Assembly (NCBI GenBank): GCA_964247055.1
Contig: OZ176054.1
Coordinates: forward strand, 248,001-312,000
Source of the DNA: Paragordius varius
Taxonomy: Eukaryota > Animalia > Nematomorpha
Reading direction: 5' to 3'
Length of the DNA: 64,000 bases
The position numbers and the translations under genes are program-made. The notes under the pieces are model-generated. The model did not search any database. It was not told where the DNA came from and saw only the letters and a list, made by a program, of their open reading frames with translations. Below, one piece after another: positions 1 through 9,800 of the stretch. Numbering within the stretch: the first letter of the stretch is position 1; each line of letters begins with the position of its first letter.

Positions 1-64
1 CCTATGGTAGTTTCATCATCACCCCAAATATTTTGGGGATCGGACTATAAATGTAATTTTTATG

Positions 65-88
65 AATTTTTTAAATATTTAAAAAATT
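65..88. other. 24-bp perfect palindrome AATTTTTTAAATATTTAAAAAATT, present in most monomers (first copy given)
   Basis: Positions 65-88 equal their own reverse complement. It lies in a roughly 70-bp block (46-116) that contains only 4 G/C. Confidence 0.95.
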
Positions 89-116
89 TATTTTATACGA
101 TTTTAAAAATAAAAAT

Positions 117-174
117 GGCTACCTAAAATCCAAATTTGATCAGGTGATGTCACCATAATTTTTTTTGGGTAGCC
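117..174. other. 12-bp inverted repeat GGCTACCTAAAA / TTTTGGGTAGCC (one mismatch), once per monomer
   Basis: The reverse complement of 117-128 is TTTTAGGTAGCC and 163-174 reads TTTTGGGTAGCC. The TAGGTAG variant (e.g. 5282-5339) makes it 12/12. Confidence 0.9.
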
Positions 175-202
175 CTATGGTAGTTCCATCATCACCCCAA
201 AT
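134..202 (-). ncRNA. Candidate box C/D kink-turn hairpin, one per monomer on the minus strand (first copy given); function unproven
   Basis: Minus strand reads AUUUGG-G-GUGAUGA-UGGAACUACCAUAG-GGCUACCCAAAAAAAA-UUAUGGUGACAUCAC-CUGA-UCAAAU. It has box C, box D, a 6-bp terminal stem in K-turn register and an inner helix. There is no evidence of transcription, so the confidence is for a real ncRNA, not for the presence of the motif. Confidence 0.2.
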
Positions 203-691
203 ATTTTCGAGATCGGAGTATAAATGTAATTTTTATGAATTTTTTAAATATTTAAAAAATTTATTTTATACGATTTTAAAAATAAAAATGGCGACCTAAA
301 ATCCAAATTTGATCAGGTGATGTCACCATAATTTTTTTTGGGTAGCCCTATGGTAATTCCATCATCACCCCAAATATTGTCGAGATCGGAGTATAAATGT
401 AATTTTTATGAATTTTTTAAATATTTAAAAAATTTATTTTATACGATTTTAAAAATAAAAATGGCTACTAAAATCCAAATTTGATGAGGTGATGTCGCCA
501 TAATTTTTTTTGGGTAGCCCTATAGTAGTTCCATCATCACCCCAAATATTTTCGAGATCGGAGTATAAATGTAATTTTTATGAATTTTTTAAAGATTTAA
601 AAAATTTATTTTATACGATTTTAAAAATAAAAATGGCTACCTAAAATCCAAATTTGATCAGGTGATGTCGCCATAATTTTTTTTGGGTAGC

Positions 692-3441
692 CCTATAGTA
701 GTTCCATCATCACCCCAAATATTTTCGAGATCGGAGTATAAATGTATTTTTATGAATTTTTTAAATATTTAAAAAATTTAGTTTATACGATTTTAAAAAT
801 AAAAATGGCTACCTAAAATCCAAATTTGTTCAGGTGATGTCACCATAATTTTTTTTGGGTAGCCCTATGGTAGTTCCATCATCACCCCAAATATTTTCGA
901 GATCGGAGTATAAATGCAATTTTTATGAATTTTTTAAATATTTAAAAAATTTATTTTATACGATAATAAAAATAAAAATGGCTACCTAAAATCCAAATTT
1001 GATCAGGTGATGTCACCATAATTTTTTTTGGGTAGCCCTATGGTAATTCCATCATCACCCCAAATATTGTCGTGATCGGAGTATAAATGTAATTTTTTTG
1101 ATCTTTTTAAATATTTAAAAAATTTATTTACGATTTTAAAAATAAAAATGGCTACCTAAAATCCAAATTTGATCAGGTGATGTCACCATAATTTTTTTGG
1201 GTAACCCTATGGTAGTTCTATCATCACCCCAAATACTTTGGGGATCGGACTATAAATGTAATTTTTATGAATTTTTTAAATATTAAAAAAATTTATTTTA
1301 TACGATTTTAAAAATAAAAATGGCTACCTAAAATCCAAATTTGATCAGGTGATGTCACCATATTTTTTTTGGGTAGCCCTATGGTAGTTCCATCATCACC
1401 CCAAATATTTTCGGGATCGGAATATAAATGTAATTTTTATGATTTTTTAGAATATTTAAAAAATTTATTTTATACGATTTTAAAAATAAAAATGGCTACC
1501 TAAAATCCAAATTTGATCAGGTGATGTCACCATAATTTTATTGGGTAGCCCTATGGTAGTTCCATCATCACCCCAAATATTGTCGAGATCGGAGTATAAA
1601 TGTAATTTTTTTGAATTTTTTAATATTTAAAAAATATATTTTATACGATTTTAAAAATAAAAATGGCTACCTAAAATCCAAATTTGATCAGGTGATGTCG
1701 CCATAATTTTTTTTGGGTAGCCCTATGGTAGTTCCATCATCACCCCAAATATTGTCGAGATCGGAGTATAAATGTAATTTTTTTGAATTTTTTAAATATT
1801 TAAAAAATTTATTTTATACGATTTTAAAAATAAAAATGGCTACCTAAAATCCAAATTTGATCAGGTGATGTCGCCATAATTTTTTTTGGGTAGCCCTATG
1901 GTAGTTCCATCATCACCCCAAATATTGTCGAGATCGGAGTATAAATGTAATTTTTTTGAATTTTTTAAATATTTAAAAAATTTATTTTATACGATTTTAA
2001 AAATAAAAATGGCTACTAAAATCCAAATTTGATGAGGTGATGTCGCCATAATTTTTTTTGGGTAGCCCTATAGTAGTTCCATCATCACCCCAAATATTTT
2101 CGAGATCGGAGTATAAATGTAATTTTTATGAATTTTTTAAATATTTAAAAAATTTATTTTATACGATTTTAAAAATAAAAATGGCTACTAAAATCCAAAT
2201 TTGATGAGGTGATGTCGCCATAATTTTTTTTGGGTAGCCCTATAGTAGTTCCATCATCACCCCAAATATTTTCGAGATCGGAGTATAAATGTATTTTTAT
2301 GAATTTTTTAAATATTTAAAAAATTTAGTTTATACGATTTTAAAAATAAAAATGGCTACCTAAAATCCAAATTTGTTCAGGTGATGTCACCATAATTTTT
2401 TTTGGGTAGCCCTATGGTAGTTCCATCATCACCCCAAATATTTTCGAGATCGGAGTATAAATGCAATTTTTATGAATTTTTTAAATATTTAAAAAATTTA
2501 TTTTATACGATAATAAAAATAAAAATGGCTACCTAAAATCCAAATTTGATCAGGTGATGTCACCATAATTTTTTTTGGGTAGCCCTATGGTAATTCCATC
2601 ATCACCCCAAATATTGTCGTGATCGGAGTATAAATGTAATTTTTTTGATCTTTTTAAATATTTAAAAAATTTATTTACGATTTTAAAAATAAAAATGGCT
2701 ACCTAAAATCCAAATTTGATCAGGTGATGTCACCATAATTTTTTTGGGTAACCCTATGGTAGTTCTATCATCACCCCAAATACTTTGGGGATCGGACTAT
2801 AAATGTAATTTTTATGAATTTTTTAAATATTAAAAAAATTTATTTTATACGATTTTAAAAATAAAAATGGCTACCTAAAATCCAAATTTGATCAGGTGAT
2901 GTCACCATATTTTTTTTGGGTAGCCCTATGGTAGTTCCATCATCACCCCAAATATTTTCGGGATCGGAATATAAATGTAATTTTTATGATTTTTTTAAAT
3001 ATTTAAAAAATTTATTTTATACGATTTTAAAAATAAAAATGGCTACCTAAAATCCAAATTTGATCAGGTGATGTCACCATAATTTTATTGGGTAGCCCTA
3101 TGGTAGTTCCATCATCACCCCAAATATTGTCGAGATCGGAGTATAAATGTAATTTTTTTGAATTTTTTAATATTTAAAAAATATATTTTATACGATTTTA
3201 AAAATAAAAATGGCTACCTAAAATCCAAATTTGATCAGGTGATGTCGCCATAATTTTTTTTGGGTAGCCCTATGGTAGTTCCATCATCACCCCAAATATT
3301 GTCGAGATCGGAGTATAAATGTAATTTTTTTGAATTTTTTAAATATTTAAAAAATTTATTTTATACGATTTTAAAAATAAAAATGGCTACCTAAAATCCA
3401 AATTTGATCAGGTGATGTCGCCATAATTTTTTTTGGGTAGC
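692..3441. repeat. Segmental duplication with a 9-monomer (1547-bp) offset
   Basis: Private variants (TTGTTCAGG at 828/2375, ATGCAAT, GATAATA, CGTGATC, TTCTA, TTTTATTGGG) recur in the same order 1547 bp apart. Confidence 0.92.
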
Positions 3442-5165
3442 CCTATGGTAGTTCCATCATCACCCCAAATATTGTCGAGATCGGAGTATAAATGTAATTT
3501 TTTTGAATTTTTTAAATATTTAAAAAATATATTTTATACGATTTTAAAAATAAAAATGGCTACCTAAAATCCAAATTTGATCAGGTGATGTCACCATAAT
3601 TTTTTTTGGGTACCCCTATGGTAGTTCCATCATCACCCCAAATATTGTCGAGATCGGAGTATAAATGTAATTTTTTTGAATTTTTTAAATATTTAAAAAA
3701 TATATTTTATACGATTTTAAAAATAAAAATGGCTACCTAAAATCCAAATTGATCAGGTGATGTCACCATAATTTTTTTTGGGTAGCCCTATGGTAGTTCC
3801 ATCATCACCTCAAAAATTGTCGAGATCGGAGTATAAATGTAATTTTTTTGAATTTTTTAAATATTTAAAAATTTTTTTTATACGATTTTAAAAATAAAAA
3901 TGGCTACCTAAAATCCAAATTTGATCAGGTGATGTCACCATATTTTTTTTTGGGTAGCCTTATGGTAGTTCCATCATCACCCCAAATATTTTGGGGATCG
4001 GACTATAAATGTAATTTTTATGAAATTTTTAAATATTTAAAAAATTTATTTTATACGATTTTAAATATAAAAATGGCTACCTAAAATTCAAATTTGATCA
4101 GGTGATGTCACTATAATTTTTTTGGGTAGCCCTATGGTAGTTCCATCATCACCCCAAATATTTTCGAGATCGGAGTATAAATGTAATTTTTATGAATTTT
4201 TTAAATATTTAAAAAATATATTTTATACGATTTTAAAAATAAAAATGGCTACCTAAAATCCAAATTTGATCAGGTGATGTCACTATAATTTTTTTGGGTA
4301 GCCCTATGGTAGTTCCATCATCACCCCAAATATTTTCGAGATCAGAGTATAAATGTAATTTTTATGAATTTTTTAAATATTTAAAAAATTTATTTTATAC
4401 GATTTTAAAAATAAAAATGGCTACCTAAAATCCAAATTTGATCAGGTGATGTCACTCTAATTTTTTTGGGTAGCCCTATGGTAGTTCCATCATTACCCCA
4501 AATATTGTCGAGATCTGAGTATAAATGTAATTTTTATGAATTTTTTAAATATTTAAAAAATTTATTTTATACGATTTTAAAAATAAAAATGGCTACCTAA
4601 AATCCAAATTTGATCAGGTGATGTCACCATAATTTTTTTTGGGTAGCCCTATATTAGTTCCATCATCACCCCAAATATTGTCGAGATCGGAGTATAAATG
4701 TAATTTTTATGAATTTTTTAAATATTTAAAAAATTTATTTTATACGATTTTAAAAATAAAAATGGCTACCTAAAATCCAAATTTGATCAGGTGATGTCGC
4801 CATAATTTTTTTTGGGTAGCCCTATAGTAGTTCCATCATCACCCCAAATATTTTCGAGATCAGAGTATAAATGTAATTTTTATGAATTTTTTAAATATTT
4901 AAAAAATTTATTTTATACGATTTTAAAAATAAACATGGCTACCTAAAATCCAAATTTGATCAGGTGATGTCGCCATAATTTTTTTTGGGTAGCCCTATGG
5001 TAGTTCCATCATCACCCCAAATATTGTCGAGATCGGAGTATAAATGTAATTTTTTTGAATTTTTTAAATATTTAAAAAATTTATTTTATACGATTTTAAA
5101 AATAAAAATGGCTACCTAAAATCCAAATTTGATCAGGTGATGTCGCCATAATTTTTTTTGGTAGC

Positions 5166-6820
5166 CCTATGGTAGTTCCATCATCACCCCAAATATTTTC
5201 GAGATCGGAGTATAAATGTAATTTTTATGAATTTTTTAAATATTTAAAAAATTTATTTTATACGATTTTAAAAATAAAAATGGCTACCTAAAATCCAAAT
5301 TTGATCAGGTGATGTCACCATAATTTTTTTTAGGTAGCCCTATGGTAGTTCCATCATCACCCCAAATATTTTCGAGATCGGAGTATAAATGTAATTTTTA
5401 TGAATTTTTTAAATATTTAAAAAATTTATTTTATACGATTTTAAAAATAAAAATGGCTACCTAAAATCCAAATTTGATCAGGTGATGTCACCATAATTTT
5501 TTTTAGGTAGCCCTATGGTAGTTCCATCATCACCCCAAATATTTTCGAGATCGGAGTATAAATGTAATTTTTATGAATTTTTTAAATATTTAAAAAATTT
5601 ATTTTATACGATTTTAAAAATAAAAATGGCTACCTAAAATCCAAATTTGATCAGGTGATGTCACTATAATTTTTTTGGGTAGCCCTATGGTAGTTCCATC
5701 ATCACCTTAAATATTTTCGAGATCGGAGTATAAATGTAATTTTTATAAATTTTTTAAATATTTAAAAAATTTATTTTATACGATTTTAAAAATAAAAATG
5801 GCTACCTAAAATCCAAATTTGATCAGGTGATGTCACTATAATTTTTTTGGGTAGCCCTATGGTAGTTCCATCATCACCCCAAATATTGTCGAGATCTGAG
5901 TATAAATGTAATTTTTATGAATTTTTTAAATATTTAAAAAATTTATTTTATACGATTTTAAAAATAAAAATGGCTACCTAAAATCCAAATTTGATCAGGT
6001 GATGTCGCCATAATTTTTTTTGGTAGCCCTATGGTAGTTCCATCATCACCCCAAATATTTTCGAGATCGGAGTATAAATGTAATTTTTATGAATTTTTTA
6101 AATATTTAAAAAATTTATTTTATACGATTTTAAAAATAAAAATGGCTACCTAAAATCCAAATTTGATCAGGTGATGTCACCATAATTTTTTTTAGGTAGC
6201 CCTATGGTAGTTCCATCATCACCCCAAATATTTTCGAGATCGGAGTATAAATGTAATTTTTATGAATTTTTTAAATATTTAAAAAATTTATTTTATACGA
6301 TTTTAAAAATAAAAATGGCTACCTAAAATCCAAATTTGATCAGGTGATGTCACCATAATTTTTTTTAGGTAGCCCTATGGTAGTTCCATCATCACCCCAA
6401 ATATTTTCGAGATCGGAGTATAAATGTAATTTTTATGAATTTTTTAAATATTTAAAAAATTTATTTTATACGATTTTAAAAATAAAAATGGCTACCTAAA
6501 ATCCAAATTTGATCAGGTGATGTCACTATAATTTTTTTGGGTAGCCCTATGGTAGTTCCATCATCACCTTAAATATTTTCGAGATCGGAGTATAAATGTA
6601 ATTTTTATAAATTTTTTAAATATTTAAAAAATTTATTTTATACGATTTTAAAAATAAAAATGGCTACCTAAAATCCAAATTTGATCAGGTGATGTCACTA
6701 TAATTTTTTTGGGTAGCCCTATGGTAGTTCCATCATCACCCCAAATATTGTCGAGATCTGAGTATAAATGTAATTTTTATGAATTTTTTAAATATTTAAA
6801 AAATTTATTTTATACGATTT
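5166..6820. repeat. 5-monomer higher-order repeat, 862-bp period, about 2 copies
   Basis: ACCTTAAA at 5707 and 6569. TTTATAAA, TAGGTAG twice and ATCTGAG repeat in order. Confidence 0.9.
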
Positions 6821-9800
6821 TAATAAAAATGGCTACCTAAAATCCAAATTTGATCAGGTGATGCCACCATAATTTTTTTTGGGTAGCCCTATGGTAGTTC
6901 CATCATCACCCCGAATATTTTCGGGATCGGAATATAAATGTAATTTTTATGATTTTTTTAAATATTTAAAAAATTTATTTTATACGATTTTAAAAATAAA
7001 AATGGCTACCTAAAATCCAAATTTGATCAGGTGATGTCACCATAATTTTTTTTAGGTAGCCCTATGGTAGTTCCATCATCACCCCAAATATTTTCGAGAT
7101 CGGAGTATAAATGTAATTTTTATGAATTTTTTAAATATTTAAAAAATTTATTTTATACGATTTTAAAAATAAAAATGGCTTTTCGAGATCGGAGTATAAA
7201 TGTAATTTTTATGAATTTTTTAAATATTTAAAAAATTTATTTTATACGATTTTAAAAATAAAAATGGCTACCTAAAATCCAAATTTGATCAGGTGATGTC
7301 ACTATAATTTTTTTGGGTAGCCCTATGGTAGTTCCATCATCACCCCAAATATTGTCGAGATCTGAGTATAAATGTAATTTTTATGAATTTTTTAAATATT
7401 TAAAAAATTTATTTTATACGATTTTAAAAATAAAAATGGCTACCTAAAATCCAAATTTGATCAGGTGATGTCACCATAATTTTTTTTGGGTAGCCCTATG
7501 GTAGTTCCATCATCACCCCAAATATTTTCGGGATCGGAATATAAATGTAATTTTTATGATTTTTTTAAATATTTAAAAAATTTATTTTATACGATTTTAA
7601 AAATAAAAATGGCTACCTAAAATCCAAATTTGATCAGGTGATGTCACCATAATTTTTTTTGGGTAGCCCTATGGTAGTTCCATCATCACCCCAAATATTG
7701 TCGAGATCGGAGTATAAATGTAATTTTTATGAATTTTTTAAATATTTAAAAAATTTATTTTATACGATTTTAAAAATAAAAATGGCTACCTAAAATCCAA
7801 ATTTGATCAGGTGATGTCGCCATAATTTTTTTTGGGTAGCCCTATAGTAGTTCCATCATCACCCCAAATATTTTCGAGATCGGAGTATAAATGTAATTTT
7901 TATGAATTATTTAAATATTTAAAAAATTTATTTTATACGATTTTAAAAATAAAAATGGCTACCTAAAATCCAAATTTGATCAGGTGATGTCACCATAATT
8001 TTTTTTGGGTAGCCCTATGGTAGTTCCATCATCACCCCAAATATTGTCGAGATCGGAGTATAAATGTAATTTTTATGAATTTTTTAAATATTTAAAAAAT
8101 TTATTTAATACGATTTTAAAAATAAAAATGGCTACCTAAAATCCAAATTTGATCAGGTGATGTCGCCATAATTTTTTTTGGGTAGCCCTATAGTAGTTCC
8201 ATCATCACCCCAAATATTTTCGAGATCGGAGTATAAATGTAATTTTTATGAATTTTTTAAATATTTAAAAAATTTATTTTATACGATTTTAAAAATAAAC
8301 ATGGCTACCTAAAATCCAAATTTGATCAGGTGATGTCGCCATAATTTTTTTTGGGTAGCCCTATGGTAGTTCCATCATCACCCCAAATATTGTCGAGATC
8401 GGAGTATAAATGTAATTTTTTTGAATTTTTTAAATATTTAAAAAATATATTTTATACGATTTTAAAAATAAAAATGGCTACCTAAAATCCAAATTTGATC
8501 AGGTGATGTCACCATAATTTTTGGGTAGCCCTATGGTAGTTCCATCATCACCCCAAATATTGTCGAGATCGGAGTATAAATGTAATTTTTATGAATTTTT
8601 TAAATATTTAAAAAATTTATTTTATACGATTTTAAAAATAAAAATGGCTACCTAAAATCCAAATTTGATCAGGTGATGTCGCCATAATTTTTTTTGGGTA
8701 GCCCTATAGTAGTTCCATCATCACCCCAAATATTTTCGAGATCGGAGTATAAATGTAATTTTTATGAATTTTTTAAATATTTAAAAAATTTATTTTATAC
8801 GATTTTAAAAATAAACATGGCTACCTAAAATCCAAATTTGATCAGGTGATGTCGCCATAATTTTTTTTGGGTAGCCCTATGGTAGTTCCATCATCACCCC
8901 AAATATTGTGGAGATCGGAGTATAAATGTAATTTTTTTGAATTTTTTAAATATTTAAAAAATTTATTTTATACGATTTTAAAAATAAAAATGGCTACCTA
9001 AAATCCAAATTTGATCAGGTGATGTCGCCATAATTTTTTTTGGTAGCCCTATGGTAGTTCCATCATCACCCCAAATATTTTCGAGATCGGAGTATAAATG
9101 TAATTTTTATGAATTTTTTAAATATTTAAAAAATTTATTTTATACGATTTTAAAAATAAAAATGGCTACCTAAAATCCAAATTTGATCAGGTGATGTCAC
9201 CATAATTTTTTTTAGGTAGCCCTATGGTAGTTCCATCATCACCCCAAATATTTTCGAGATCGGAGTATAAATGTAATTTTTATGAATTTTTTAAATATTT
9301 AAAAAATTTATTTTATACGATTTTAAAAATAAAAATGGCTACCTAAAATCCAAATTTGATCAGGTGATGTCACTATAATTTTTTTGGGTAGCCCTATGGT
9401 AGTTCCATCATCACCCCAAATATTTTCGAGATCGGAGTATAAATGTAATTTTTATGAATTTTTTAAATATTTAAAAAATTTATTTTATACGATTTTAAAA
9501 ATAAAATGGCTACCTAAAATCCAAATTTGATCAGGTGATGTCACTATAATTTTTTTGGGTAGCCCTATGGTAGTTCCATCATCACCCCAAATATTGTCGA
9601 GATCTGAGTATAAATGTAATTTTTATGAATTTTTTAAATATTTAAAAAATTTATTTTATACGATTTTAAAAATAAAAATGGCTACCTAAAATCCAAATTT
9701 GATCAGGTGATGCCACCATAATTTTTTTTGGGTAGCCCTATGGTAGTTCCATCATCACCCCAAATATTTTCGGGATCGGAATATAAATGTTATTTTTATG

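Noticed and set aside
22-38. G-quadruplex or i-motif
   Set aside because: At most two G-runs of 3 or more per strand per monomer, and they are far apart.
35-45. Apparent compensatory covariation G35-C45 versus C35-G45
   Set aside because: The neighbouring positions (36/44, 37/43, 34/46) cannot pair, so there is no helix. Linkage by descent explains it.
46-117. TATAAA, AATAAA and AAAATGG as promoter, poly(A) and start signals
   Set aside because: These are expected by chance in a nearly pure AT block, and the ATG gives only Met-Ala-Thr-stop.
122-126. Insect telomeric pentamer CCTAA/TTAGG
   Set aside because: A single isolated copy per monomer, never tandem.
104-157. Minus-strand ORF MVTSPDQIWILGSHFYF resembling the start of the plus-strand ORF
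   Set aside because: It is only 17 codons, and the resemblance follows from the inverted-repeat structure.
159-166. T7/T8/T9 and A-run differences as sequencing error
   Set aside because: The T7 state recurs with specific substitutions and in duplicated blocks, so most of it is real. Isolated cases (T9, T5) could still be errors.
1-173. Assignment to a named satellite family or species
   Set aside because: I do not recognise the consensus. A similar monomer length alone is not evidence, so a database search is needed.
134-202. SECIS element (RUGA/GA core)
   Set aside because: There is no AAR motif 11-13 nt above the core, helix II is interrupted, and there is no associated coding sequence.
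137-209. Hammerhead ribozyme on the minus strand (CUGAUCA and CGAAA), as known from some satellites
   Set aside because: The core needs CUGANGA and this has C at the G8 position. I found no stems II/III around the motifs.
205-218. CENP-B box (TTCG...CGG in TTTCGAGATCGGAG)
   Set aside because: The motif needs TTCG-N4-A-N2-CGGG. Here TTCG and CGG are only 4 nt apart and there is no CGGG.
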